A stretch of 64,000 nucleotides of DNA, from NCBI GenBank assembly GCA_021613535.1, contig CP075492.1:15066001-15130000 (forward strand). Reading direction: 5' to 3'. Shown here one piece after another: positions 36,994 through 49,517 of the stretch. A model generated the notes under the pieces. That model ran no database searches. It was not told where the DNA came from and was given only the letters and a program-made list of their open reading frames with translations. The translations under genes and the position numbers were made by a program. Positions within the stretch are counted from its first letter, which is position 1. Every line of letters starts with the position of its first letter. The stretch comes from Adineta vaga (Eukaryota > Animalia > Rotifera).

Positions 36994-37947
36994 TCACAAT
37001 ATCTGTTTGATAAAGATTCTTCTCAACATTTTCATACATATTTGTTGAACTTCTAGTCGAAATGTTCGTGATGAACAAAAATATATCCAGAATGAAACAC
37101 TATTGTTGAAATAAATCAAGAATGTTCCATTCAAATAACTAAGAAATGACTCAATGATTTGTCGATCGGCACTTTTTACTACTGTTTGTGTTGCTGCTTG
37201 ATATAACAGATTCACTGATAATGGTACTGTTGTTATGATATAAAACATCGTTTCAATCAATAACATCTTCATCATATCACGATCACGCTTATGAATACGA
37301 TGAACATTCGAACCTCTTGCTGTACTTGGTTGTATACGAGTACGAATCTTCTTCAAATTTTTAAATATTAAAACACCAAATGTGATCATAAAAAATAGAG
37401 GAATAATACCAACGACTATAGTTATATATGATGATAAGATAATTGATGATAAACCTCGTTTTCCACCACATCGACCATTTTCAAGTGAATTTAATGTATA
37501 TGGCCATATCGCAAAACTAAACCAAAAGATTGGAACACAAATAACAATCAAAATCGTTGTTCGAAATCGACTAAATGATCGAATACGAAGATGATCACTT
37601 GAAATAACATACCGATCAATACAAGCACAGATGAAATATGTTCGCATTATTTGATTAAATGAATGACGAAAATAGAATTGAAGTTCACAAAATTGAACAG
37701 AAATTATCGATGGATTTGGATGATATAAGGAATAAACAACAGGAATTGTTGAAATATTCAAACCAATCAAACCACATAATGATGCTGCAAATATATAGAT
37801 TGAACAACTATTTCGACGATATGCTGGACAAAAGAAGACTAACATATTCAATAGTAAACCAATATTGCCAAGAACAATGTATGTTGTCATTCCATATCGT
37901 GTCAAATCTCGTTGTAGAGATGGCAGGTAATTGACAATCCATGACAT
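36994..37947 (-). CDS. Class A orphan GPCR, intronless
   Basis: LGNIG, CACIDRY, FWIYFCSSRTFR; seven hydrophobic helices. Confidence 0.9.
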   Translation of the reverse strand: MSWIVNYLPSLQRDLTRYGMTTYIVLGNIGLLLNMLVFFCPAYRRNSCSIYIFAASLCGLIGLNISTIPVVYSLYHPNPSIISVQFCELQFYFRHSFNQIMRTYFICACIDRYVISSDHLRIRSFSRFRTTILIVICVPIFWFSFAIWPYTLNSLENGRCGGKRGLSSIILSSYITIVVGIIPLFFMITFGVLIFKNLKKIRTRIQPSTARGSNVHRIHKRDRDMMKMLLIETMFYIITTVPLSVNLLYQAATQTVVKSADRQIIESFLSYLNGTFLIYFNNSVSFWIYFCSSRTFRLEVQQICMKMLRRIFIKQIL

Positions 37948-38745
37948 GTTTGTGTTTTATTCTCATAATAAATTTGTCTTAGTTCTGAGAATGTTCTTCA
38001 TGTTCTTTTTAGATTTATCAAACAACGAATCTAAGTAGATTAAGATTTACGCCTAAAAGATTATCTCATTCTTCTCAAGAACTATGATAAAATGACGTCT
38101 TTCGTTCTATTTTTACCTGATATCTACACCTACTCATTTCTATAATTACTATTTAAAAGCCCTATTCTTAATTGAATAATTAAACAACAAATACTTTACT
38201 AGATGTGTCTCATCAGTTTGTTTTAGCTATTAAGAATGTGAAAGTATATTATATTATTTTTGTATTTATATAAGTCGTATTTCTTTTTAACATTTGTTAT
38301 TTTATTCAATATTGTGAATAGGCGTAATTTCATTTCGACGATTCTTCAATCATTCACAAATCTTCCTATATAAAACACTATTTCTTTCGACATGTTAAGG
38401 AGGTGAAGAGATATAAGTACTATATTGATAGACGTAATTAATCGTCTCAAACAAGTTGAATTATAGAAATATTCAAATGTTCAAAGGTAAAGAACATCAA
38501 CAGGCAAACAACTAAAAACAAAAAAGACCTATGAAAAGAGAGATTTTGATATAAACTTCACGTCGAAATATATAGTAAGAGTGCGCTGTGTTGATGAAGT
38601 ATCACATGAACATAATCATTTTAATGTGATCCGATAAAAAAAGTTTAACAAAAATGAGAGTAGATAAAATAAGTGCTTTATTAGAAATCATACATTCATA
38701 TTCATGTGTGCTCAATCACGATCAAACGATGTTTTCCATATTTCA

Positions 38746-41223
38746 TTACATAATACACCATTTTTTCTTCGTCGGTTGATAACAGTGCGTTATCAAGTTT
38801 AAATTCGTCTCTTCAATAATACCTAGCATATTTTCTCTATCATTGAAACTTGTGTTTTCATTTCGTTTTGCAAGAATAATAAGATTTTCGATCTCCTCAA
38901 TATAATTATGATTGATATTAATATTTAATTTAAGTAAAATCATTGCCTTTTCGAAATAATTAATAGAATCTTGCCATTTTTGCATATTATAATACAGTCG
39001 ACCAATATTTTCTAACGATATAATAATTTCTGCGTGTTCTTTTTGTAAAAAATTTTCCTGCTTGTTCAACGCTTTTAACTGATAATTTAATGCATCAGTA
39101 AACATGTTAGATTTCCATAGCAAACGACTGATATCAATTAAGCAATGAATAATTATAGAATCAGTTGAATTTAATGATCGTTCAAAAATAGTCAACGCTT
39201 TTTCATAATAATCAATTCCTTCCGTGATATTTGATGTAATATCACCCATATTTTTAAGAATATGACCGAGAAGTAGATTATCTTCTTGTTTATTTGCAGT
39301 TTTTTGACAAAATTCCATCGCACATTTATCTTCATTCTTTTTCATGTAAATATCAATAATTCGATTGAAATCATCGATTAAATTTGGATGAGAACATGGT
39401 AAAAGTTTTTCATCGATTTCAAATGCACGACAATAATAAACAAGAGCTTGTTCATAATCTTTAAGATCTTCATAAACTAAACCAATATTTCCCAAACAAC
39501 ATGCAATATTAGGATGGTCTAATGGAAGCAATCTTCGATACATAGCCAATGCTTGATTCAAATATTCTAATGCAGTCTTAAACTCATTTTTATCTCGATA
39601 AAGCAACCCGAGACCATTCATTGCTATTGCTTTCATCTGATAATCATCATGAAAATTATTCTGAAAAATCTTAAGAGATCTTTCAAGATAAAATAAAGCT
39701 TTGTTATAATTTCCTTTTAGATGATAAACTAAACCAATGTTCATAAGTGATGCTGCAGTTGCAGGATGCTGTGCATGTAAATTTCGTCGACGTAAAATAT
39801 ATGCTCGTACATAGAATTCCAAAGCTAATCTTAGTTGACATCTTCCATAGAAAATAATACCTAAATTATTATAAACGGATGCAAAATCTTCATGGTTAGG
39901 AGGTAAAGTTTTCAATAGTTTACGAAAATATTTGTCACCCTTATCTAATCGTCCAAATTCAAAAAATAATAAACGACCAAATAAAATTTGTGGACTATAA
40001 TCATCTATTTGTCGCCGTTTTGCATTGAGATGATCTTGAATAATGATTGATCCTTCATCTGTTGCTGTCATTTGAATTTTGCAACTAGACATTGTTGGAT
40101 CGTAAATAACATTATCAATTTGAAAAACTGATCCTAAACTAAATAAAACTTCTTTTTCACCTTCTATTTGACTACAAAGATCAATATCAGCAAAAACGAT
40201 CGTTTGAAGATTATGAGGAACTTTAATTTCAAATAAAATTGTTTTAAATTCTTCGGAATGTGTTTCAAGAAATTTTAGAGCGACATTTATATCTTTTGTG
40301 GTGGAAAAAAATCCATTTGTTGAGATAAGATTTCCAATATTATGAATTAATTTATTATATTCTTCAATTGACATTCTTTGTCCACGATATAGTGTTAAAA
40401 CTTCCTCATTTTTCTTATTAGATTGTTTCCATATATCTTCTAATTGTGAACATAAATCGATAATAAAGAATCGAAATAGATAAAGTATTTCCACATCTTC
40501 TGTTCTCAATGCTTTATTAACCAACCGATAAACAAATGAATCACGTGTATACCATTCAATAGCTTTATCAGCAGTATATGTTAGTTCAAATTGATCAATT
40601 TTTCTCATTTCACTTTGATTTAATGCATAATATTCTCGACATTTTCCGAGCATATCTTGTTTTGATCGATCTGTTTGAGGCAGCTTTCTTAATATATCGA
40701 TTAATGATTGAAACCATGTGAACGAGCCTAAATCTTTGGATATATCACGAGTTGATTTTTGTTTTTGATGATTAAGTAAATTGAAAGCCATACCTTGTTT
40801 TCTTATGAAATACATGCTTTTTCGTATGGCCTCAACTAAGGATTGCTGATCGGTGAATATATCGGTAATTTTCGGATATTTGCTCAATAATGGAACATAA
40901 CTTTCACGATGAGCACAGAAGATAAATATCACAGTAATTGTTGTTAACGATTGAATTTGAGGAAGAATAGATTGCGATGATGCGCCGGAAACAATGAGAA
41001 ATATCCTTTCTTTGGTAACTCCTCGAATGTAAGCTATACAAAGTTCAGAATCTGTATAGAAAAGAACACAATTGGTTAAATTCTCTAACGAAGTTTGTGT
41101 ATGATGATAGTCCAAAGAATCACTCATATTTGAATCCAACCAAATTAATGTAATATCTTCAAGATTTTCCTCAACTTCGTTTGGTTGTCGATCATGTCTT
41201 CTTACTACATTATTATTGTTCAT
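38746..41223 (-). CDS. Receiver-like domain + ART (intact R-S-E motifs) + TPR-repeat protein
   Basis: LIWLD...IFLIVSG; WYTRDSFVYRLVNKALR; LYRGQ; GFFSTT; EGEKEVLF; 42-aa TPR repeats. Confidence 0.9.
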   Translation of the reverse strand: MNNNNVVRRHDRQPNEVEENLEDITLIWLDSNMSDSLDYHHTQTSLENLTNCVLFYTDSELCIAYIRGVTKERIFLIVSGASSQSILPQIQSLTTITVIFIFCAHRESYVPLLSKYPKITDIFTDQQSLVEAIRKSMYFIRKQGMAFNLLNHQKQKSTRDISKDLGSFTWFQSLIDILRKLPQTDRSKQDMLGKCREYYALNQSEMRKIDQFELTYTADKAIEWYTRDSFVYRLVNKALRTEDVEILYLFRFFIIDLCSQLEDIWKQSNKKNEEVLTLYRGQRMSIEEYNKLIHNIGNLISTNGFFSTTKDINVALKFLETHSEEFKTILFEIKVPHNLQTIVFADIDLCSQIEGEKEVLFSLGSVFQIDNVIYDPTMSSCKIQMTATDEGSIIIQDHLNAKRRQIDDYSPQILFGRLLFFEFGRLDKGDKYFRKLLKTLPPNHEDFASVYNNLGIIFYGRCQLRLALEFYVRAYILRRRNLHAQHPATAASLMNIGLVYHLKGNYNKALFYLERSLKIFQNNFHDDYQMKAIAMNGLGLLYRDKNEFKTALEYLNQALAMYRRLLPLDHPNIACCLGNIGLVYEDLKDYEQALVYYCRAFEIDEKLLPCSHPNLIDDFNRIIDIYMKKNEDKCAMEFCQKTANKQEDNLLLGHILKNMGDITSNITEGIDYYEKALTIFERSLNSTDSIIIHCLIDISRLLWKSNMFTDALNYQLKALNKQENFLQKEHAEIIISLENIGRLYYNMQKWQDSINYFEKAMILLKLNININHNYIEEIENLIILAKRNENTSFNDRENMLGIIEETNLNLITHCYQPTKKKWCIM

Positions 41224-41314
41224 ATTAGTCTTGATTAATCAGTTCTATAAAATCTAGACAACAAGTGTTATTTTTATTTTATTAATATGAATTCTATTAA
41301 GCAATGCTGTGCTC

Positions 41315-41505
41315 TTTAAAAGCAAGAATTTTTTTTATCAATGAAAGTATGAAATACACTGAATGATATAAAATCGTAAGTTTTTATTAACTAATCCATA
41401 CAAACCATTCGGTTTCAATCAGATACTTATTCAAAAGAGAAAAATATATCCTTCTCAAAATATATTCGATTTTTTTAGCTAAACATATGCTTGGAAGTAC
41501 TAGTG
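41315..41505. mobile_element. Diverged second copy of the piggyBac-type MITE
   Basis: Shares AATC-GATACTT...GAGAAAAA...TATCCTTCTCAAAATA...GCTTGG-A-TACTAG-GTTAA with 29586-29678; right end CTAGTG-TTAA. Left end not clear. Confidence 0.6.
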
Positions 41506-41878
41506 TTAATAAATATACGTAGCTGATTTGAAATCTTGTATATAAAGCAGACAGCACAAATAAAATCTGCGAGTGAAAAGAAATCGAATGCACACTGACA
41601 GCAAACGATATTATTCATACGCTGCAGTGAAGCCGTATTCATGTCATACTCTCAATTCTTTTTTCTTTCGATATTCTTTGTGAGGTTTTGGATAGAAATT
41701 GAATTATATTAAATATCAAAAGCATTTTGCAGGATTCGAATAGATTTTATGATAATTTTTTTTATAGAAGTCGATTTCTAAAGCGTTAATCGAATCTTAC
41801 TGATAGAAACCGATTAAATTCTAAAACAAATCAAATCAATGATAATCTTATTCAAAATCAGTACACATTCGTCTACAA

Positions 41879-42355
41879 ATGGCCACATCGATTGATGAAT
41901 ATACACCTACTGACGTTAACGATCCTCTGCTTCTTGAACTTTGTCGATTATTTATAGATTCTTTCTATAATTACTATCAATTCATTGTACCTGAACTTAA
42001 TCTATCCGAAAGCAAACAAGTAATTCCAACACTTGGACAATCTCTTGAAAAAACAATGTCATTTTTTTGTTTTGCGTGATGAATCATCGAACACAAACTA
42101 AACAACACTATTTATATTGCTCAACTAGCTGTTCATTCATCCTTCAAACGTCAAGGCTTCGGTAGTTTATTTATGCATTATCTGAAAGAGAATTTCGGAT
42201 CCACAATGACCTATGAAGTTTTAACTCGACGAGTGAATCAACCTGCATTACAATTTTATTCAAAATATAATCCTCTAATTATGAATGATGAACGTACCGT
42301 CAACTATGGGTATGATCCGAAGGACTTCATTGGTTTTCGACTAACTGCTATATAG
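41879..42355 (+). pseudogene. GNAT-family acetyltransferase relic
   Basis: IYIAQLAVHSSFKRQGFGSLFM (motif A) and NQPALQFYSK (motif B), in frame with ATG 41879 but separated by TGA-TGA at 42077-42082. Confidence 0.65.
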
Positions 42356-42952
42356 TAAGTTTTGTCTTTAAACAACATATATTCACTGCTTATATTACCT
42401 AGTTCATAGAGCACAAATATTAGATCTGAGTATGAACATAGGATAAAAAACGCTTTTTCTGTACTTTTCATATCCATCCATTGTATAATTTAATAATTTT
42501 TATACTCAAATTTACTTTCTCAATAAAAGCAATCAATGCAGTAAACGATTCTCAACTATTATTGATAAGACTCAACAGTTGTCGATGACACATTAGAAAG
42601 CATGCGTCATTTACGTTAGCTTGTTTTTCTTATTGTAAAAGAATGAAAAAAAATAATATTTCAACTTGGTTTTTTCCAACTTACGAGTACAATGGCATCG
42701 CACTCATGAAAAATCGCATGGAGTATGCAAAAAAAAAATTTTCTATTCGCCTTTTCCTGTCAGAAAATAATTGTGTAATTCAATAAAAATAATCAGAAGA
42801 AATAAACATATTATTCATTTTCTCGGTTAATCGGGTTTTTCTCCAATTCAATAAGGTTTACCCTCCGTGGGAAAAAACCCATTCTATGTTTGTAGATAAG
42901 AGTAGACTTTTTCATTCTTTATTGAAATTCTATCAACATAACAAGGATCAAG

Positions 42953-43604
42953 ATGATGCCTTTGGTCGATACATTACCGATTGTTCATTTGTCTAAAGAT
43001 ATTTTACAAATTGATCGATTATCACCTCGAAATGAACAACAATCTCAATTAATTATTGACAATAGTAAGAGAATAAATCTACTAAAGAAAATTTTTCAAG
43101 ATATTTTCTTGGCTCTTCCTTCTAGTAAGTTTAGAAGATGTCATTGTTGTTTGGTTGGGTAGGAATGAATCATCATTGAGAAGGAGTCTTATTGAATATT
43201 TACCTTCTCAAAATGTAACTTTAATTCTTTTTTCGAGAAAAGAACAATTATATTCTTGGTTAAATTCAAATTCTTCACTAACAGTTGCTTGTTTGATTAT
43301 TGAAACGAATGAAAATCTTGAAGATTTGATTTGTCGTTGTAATACATATTCATCAATTCGTTCGATACTTATTCGTTGTTTTTCGAATGAATTAAATTAT
43401 TTTCGACGATTATTCAGATCGTATGTAAAAATAAATGGTATCTTTGCTGATGATACACGTTTATCAATCAAATTACTCATTGATCTCGCTCTTTTCTCGG
43501 AAGAAATTGCTGATCATCAGGCAGACAATGAAAATAAACAAATATATGTTCAAAAGAATTACGATCGTGCATTGAATCTATGTGCATTAGCGAAAAGATT
43601 ATAA
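42953..43604 (+). CDS. Uncharacterised protein: stand-alone receiver-like domain with C-terminal helical hairpin, 2 exons
   Basis: Intron near 43126-43182; VACLIIE...IRSILIRC...KINGIFADDTRL parallels the N-terminal domains of the neighbouring ART-TPR proteins. Confidence 0.6.
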
Positions 43605-43795
43605 ATTGAATCGTATTATTCATTTCAAAATTGAGTTTTAGATGATTCACTAAAATTCCCAGTTTCAATAAATTAACCCAGAAACATATTTTATAAATGC
43701 GGCTTTGTCATTGTGAAAGACCTTACATTTTCAAAGTAAAATACTTCTTTTTTTCATTTGTAGATTTAATAAATATAATCAAAGATTTTTAATTA

Positions 43796-45409
43796 ATGGC
43801 ATTGTCCAAAGTTCTCTTGATATGGTTAAGCCCAATGCCAGATGAAATAGTAAATCGATTTACAAACGTATCTTCTAACTTGCCTGAATTGATTCAATAT
43901 GTAGCAACAAATGTAATAACAACCAATTCGTTTCATTTAATAATTCCATCCGATTATCTGGAAGATTTACTTAAAAATCCAATTTATAAATTTTCACAGA
44001 TTCAACGTATTGACGTGTATTGTGACGATTTTGATGCATTATTCGAAATACAACACCGTTTCAATCTTCATGGCGATGAAAGAATTCAATTTCATCTTAT
44101 ACGTGATATACCACAATATTTAAATAGAATAACATGTGATAATATTTTGATCCAAGAAGGTTCAATTAATCAACATATGATCAATGCACTTGTTTCTTCA
44201 ATAGAAGATCGAATCATTGCTAAAAAATCTGTGATCTCACTTCGCCATTCGCAGATATTAAAAAAATTTCCCGCGTCTAATCTCAATGGTTTCCCAGTGA
44301 AGAATTCCGGTAAAATTCATGTCTGCTTCATGTGTACATCTTGCAACTTAATGTCCCCACAATTATATCGACTTTCATGTGGACATCGAACATGTTCCAA
44401 TATGTGTAACGATTCTAAAAGGGTAACTACTCTGCTTTTGCTTGTTATATTCTTCTCTACGTTGCTTAATTAAATTAGATGTACAGTTTGCTCAAAAGTC
44501 ATTACAAAAAGCAATCAGGTAAGTATAAGAAATAGTTAAGACAAATAATTATATTTATTCGTAAAGGGATTTATTAATAACGATGGACAAATGATCATGC
44601 AGACTCCTGAAATCGTTTGTTCAAATTGTGACTGGAGTGGGTTATTAGCGGATTATTCAGTATGAATTTTTCTCTTCGAAGGAAGTGTATCTTCATTGTT
44701 TATCTTATTTTTAGAAGCATTTCACAGAGAATCATCAGTATTTGTTGACATGTCTGATTGATAATCTAAGATGTGATAATCATTCAGGGCTTAGTTCAGA
44801 TGATTTATCAATGCAATCTATGAATGGAACGTGTATATTTGAGATTTCTGATATTGAAACAATGCTAAGTATGTAAATCAAAAGAGATTTAATTTCGTTT
44901 CTATTTGTCTTATTTATTTCAAGAAATAGAGAATGCAAATAAATCGGTTCATTCAATTCCATTTTATTCATTTCCAAATGGATATAAAATGAATATTCGA
45001 TTTTATCCAAATGGCGATACTAGAGCAAGACGTACACATATGTCATTGTATGTTGTCATACTGCGAGGTAGAAATGATGAAAATCTTCAATGGCCATTTC
45101 AACATAAAATAACCGTTACTTTACTCAATCATGTAATACCTCATGAAAATCTCTCACATTCTTTTCGGCCTGTGAGTGCATCCATTGCCTTTCAACGACC
45201 AACAAGTAACATGAATGATCCATATGGTATATCCACATGTTTTCCTTTGGCTTTATTTAATAAACATCGAGATCATTATGTACAAAATGATAAAATCTAC
45301 ATCAAAATTCAAATTGATTTCTCCGCTGATATACCAGGTAATCTAATTTTGTTGAAAATTAAATTTTATAGTGACGTAATTAGAATCTTTGAGTACTTTA
45401 CACAAATAG
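43796..45409 (+). CDS. TRAF-like protein: receiver-like N-terminus, RING, partial zinc finger, MATH domain; multi-exon
   Basis: CTSC...CGHRTC...CTVC; CSNCDWSG; SMNGTCIFEI; FYSFPNGYKMNIRFYPNGD...HMSLYVVILRGRNDENLQWPF. The last exon is uncertain (stop 45409 if spliced, 45420 if not). Confidence 0.8.
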
Positions 45410-45591
45410 AAACTCGATGACTATATCTTCTTAAACAGTACTGATGGAGTCTTAAATACGTCACTATGATTATATTACATGTATGATTTTTATCTTTTAG
45501 TTTCGGCGTTGGCACCTGAAATAGTTGAATAACTCATCGAGGAGAAAGACGTCGATCTATTATATTCTAATCGTGATCTTTTCTTATCCAG

Positions 45592-45852
45592 TAAGATTTG
45601 TTAGTTTGAAAAATAAAGAGAGTATAATCTAAGGTTATTCGTAAGTATATTTATCAAGAACAGAAGACAACGTACATCAGCTATAACTTTCTTTGATCAT
45701 AAATTCTAATTTTCAGTGACTCTAAATAATTTTGTGTTGATTTATCGGATTTAATATATGACGATAAATTTTAAAAAGCTATCTATTTCTTCTTAATCAA
45801 TAAAAATGAAAAATTAAGAAATCTATTTGTTTTTCAAACTAACAAAATCTTA
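45592..45852. mobile_element. MITE-like element with about 23-30 bp terminal inverted repeats
   Basis: TAAGATTT-GTTAGTTTGAAAAA at 45592 and TTTTTCAAACTAACAAAATCTTA ending 45852; TA at both ends; non-coding interior. Confidence 0.55.
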
Positions 45853-46379
45853 TTTGATTTTATTCAAGATAATGTTCTACTTGTTTGTTTTTGTTTTTGT
45901 TCAATAAAATGAAGACCTTGTTCGATAAATCGTGTTCACCTTGTATGCAAAACTCTTTTTTTATTGTTTATGATTTTCGTAACAATTGTCGATATGACAA
46001 AAAACGAGAAGAATGGTAAATGTATATACCCATGGACACAATCGAATCATTGAAGATGCTTAGAATACAGAAAGATTACAAGTAGAAATCAATAACGAGC
46101 ATATAGAATCGATTTAGAACACTTTTACTTCAGTATAACTATATCAATGTTAAAGTAAATAGACTCAATTTTCTTTAAGTTTATATAACGTAAGTATGAG
46201 AAACACACTGCTCATGATGGATTTAAATGTTAAAGATCTTGAGTTGGTTCACAATATTCTTCGTAGTGCTGATATTTCAGCTTTTTTGTAGTTTTCTGAT
46301 GAAGGAGAATTTCTGATTTAGTATTCCGCAGAATTGGAATGACATCACTTTCTTTCATGTTTGAATGTGATACGTAAAT

Positions 46380-47344
46380 GTGGTATATGCGATAAAATCA
46401 ATGGTTCCCATTGATAAAGATCTGATATGTCCGAATCCATCGAAAAATGTAACGTTTGAAGATTTGATAGATGTTCTGAAATAAATTATATAAATTGAAG
46501 AGATTGTATTTGACCTAAACGAATGGAAGCATGTAATAGATGATTTAATATAACAGAAGATGTTTTAGATTGATTTTGAGCATCTGCATACAATTTATTA
46601 ACCGATAGATAACGAAGTTGAGGAACGTACGATAAAATAGATGAAAGTATTTTCAATTGACATTTACCTTCTAAATGAAGATATTTAATTGGACTGTATC
46701 TGTTATCGTAGGCAAGTGGTAAATCAGCTTCGAAACCATTTTTGAAGGTCATTTTGCAACGTTTTAAGATAGGTAATCAAAAGATTAAATCATAAATAAT
46801 GGTTTTAGATAAATCAGGATCATCATAGATAATATTTAATGAAGAAAGACATGGAGAAATAATTAAAGCAAGAAGAAGATTTTCAAGATAAACGTATTCA
46901 ATTCGATCGAGAAGAAGATAAGTTAATCGATGGAATTTGGATGTATTTTGTAATAATAAAATAACAAGAGCCATTGGAAATGAATTTAATAGACGAAGAG
47001 AATGAATTCGATGTAAATTATGTAGAAGAAATTGAGTATAATAGTGATGGAATGATTGGTTCGAAAATAGGAACATATCAATTTGAAAGGGAAAGTTTGA
47101 ATTGAAAACAAGATTTTGAAAACGTGTATTCAAATGGCGAAAGGTTATGTAAACATGGTAAGCATCGAGATATTCTAAGATTTCACAAATAATTTCATTT
47201 GGAAGATCATCAAATCGTTTTTTTGTTACTACAGAAAAACAGAAGACGATAAGATGAGTTAAGAATTAGAGTAGATGACTTACATTGAAGTTTGTTTGTA
47301 TCATTCCCATTTGAATCAATTCGTTGTCGTTTCGATCGATGCAT
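46380..47344 (-). pseudogene. F-box/LRR-like pseudogene
   Basis: RFDDLPNEIICEILEYLDAYHVYITFRHLNTRF; in-frame TGA at 46779-46777 and a frame break near 46490. Confidence 0.75.
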
Positions 47345-48529
47345 ATTATCAACGCTGAAAAACTTAAATATTCATTGTTGTATGTCAATAATTCGAATTA
47401 CACAAACATAAAAACAGAAAAATCAACAATCGAGAAATGAATAGCATCATATGCGTAGTTAAACTACCAACAGAAATGTATGATACACCTCTATAATGTA
47501 AAAATAACAACTAATAGTACATTGAGAAGCGGCGCTTTACTACATACGTCACAATGATTCAAATAAATCATAAGTGATGAAACAACTGTTAAAAGTATCG
47601 ATATGAGTATAACAAAGGATCAATGATAGTAATACTCAGATGTATGCTGACAATCCTTTCGAATGTGTTGAAGTTTTAAGTTTGAATTAAAAGAAAGTGG
47701 GAAAAGATCATTTGATACTTCTGTAACTATCGCTCATCCGATATGCATTACCTAGTAAGACTTCGTATAGAATGCAGTACAGATCAAAAACAGTTATTTT
47801 ATGAGAAAGTTATCTCATCTCATAGGAAGAAGAATGTTGTCCCATATGTGATTGTGTATGTAATTTTCGCAGAGATCATATTTGTATAGTAATGGACTTT
47901 CTGCAATACTATACAAACAGGTATTGCCAATAAAGACAAACGTGAAAAAACCCACTCAATATTATTTTTTGATTTTGATTCATCGCATGACTAAACGACA
48001 TTGCTGCTTTCCGTTAAAAATTGTTCGAGAAAAGTCCTTTGTCATTTGTATATTGACATTAACAAAGGGTAAACAAACTTTTTGAATTCATGATTAGAGA
48101 AATATTTTAAATGATCAAATATTTTCTTCAATTACATCGTATTTGCAAGAACGGTAATGAACGAATGGCAAAAGAAGAATTAAGGAACTACGATGCAATT
48201 TTTGAGATTTTTTTATTGCGTATATCAATAGTATATTCATAAGTGTAGGCAAAGAGAGCGGAAGAAGAACGAGTGCATCATAATTTAAGGTTTTTTTTGT
48301 ATTATCTCTTTCTCTATGAATACATGATAACGACCTTGTACATTGTAAAGTATCGTCTACGTATTTACCTGTACATTCGAGCATCAAACACGTGGTAAAG
48401 AAAATATTTTCTAATTAAGTTTCATTGCTCGTTGTATATGTTATCGTTATAAGAATAATTTCTATTATTCAAAGGAATTTATACAAAATTTCTCATTTAA
48501 CTTGTTATTTAATTCAATTTTTCAAAGCA

Positions 48530-49297
48530 ATGAATAATTCATATCGTATACCAACTACAATATCTTTCTATTCAAAAAAGAAAAATACATTTCTCATTTA
48601 CATTCTACGAAATGGATTAATTCGTTCGATTCTATTATTTCTATTATTTCTACTTCTTTCACTTGTTTTTATCTTGGAATTCTATTATCAATATGGTCAT
48701 TGTTCTGTTGCAGAAAAATATTCCAAGAAAAATATCAAATTAACTCATCGAACAATGGATATGTTAGATGATCTATCCATCATTTATTGGCCTGATTGTC
48801 AATCATTATTAAATGTTCTCAGAAATGAAACATATAATCCATGGGATCAAGATGTTGATATATCAATTCAATGGCCATTAGAATCCAATCATGTTCATTC
48901 AGAACTCAATAATATTCAACTGTTTATTGAAAAATTAGAAGAATATGATTTTGGTGTTGAATATTATCCAGAGAGAAAATTATTTTCATTATCATCTCAT
49001 AATGGAAAATCCGATCGACAGCCACATGTTGATATTTGGTTATGGAATCGACAATATAAAAATATAAATAATGAAGAAAAAGAAGTATTAGAATTATTTG
49101 ATCATAGTTTTAAATATCAATCAAGATTAATATCAGATATTCATCCATTAAGATCTGCGATATGGTTAGGAAGAATGGTGAAAATACCGAATGAAGCACA
49201 TGAAATTTCACGTAAAGAATATGGCGGATCATATATGAAAGCACTCATATTTCGAAGAAATTGTTTTCATAATTTTTTTAATGGCCGATGGTTTTAA
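48530..49297 (+). CDS. LicD/fukutin-related protein, copy 2
   Basis: Same 768-nt length as 35116-35883 and near-identical sequence. Confidence 0.8.
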   Translation: MNNSYRIPTTISFYSKKKNTFLIYILRNGLIRSILLFLLFLLLSLVFILEFYYQYGHCSVAEKYSKKNIKLTHRTMDMLDDLSIIYWPDCQSLLNVLRNETYNPWDQDVDISIQWPLESNHVHSELNNIQLFIEKLEEYDFGVEYYPERKLFSLSSHNGKSDRQPHVDIWLWNRQYKNINNEEKEVLELFDHSFKYQSRLISDIHPLRSAIWLGRMVKIPNEAHEISRKEYGGSYMKALIFRRNCFHNFFNGRWF

Positions 49298-49517
49298 TCA
49301 TCAATAAATTACGTAAATAAAAGTTGTTTTACTCGTGCACTTTTCTTCCAAGACATATCTATTTTTGTCTCTTTTATTATTAATAAATACATATACGGAC
49401 GAAAGAGAAAAAAGGAATACCTGTATGTATAATTGAGAAAAGACAATAGCTCGATTAACGAAGTGTAACTAAACATCAATAAATAAAGAAATAGTCATTT
49501 TGTTTAAGGACGTAATA

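Noticed and set aside
42077-42082. Selenocysteine TGA codons in the GNAT, GH19-like or F-box genes
   Set aside because: They are not at redox Cys positions, I recognised no SECIS, and the genes have other lesions.
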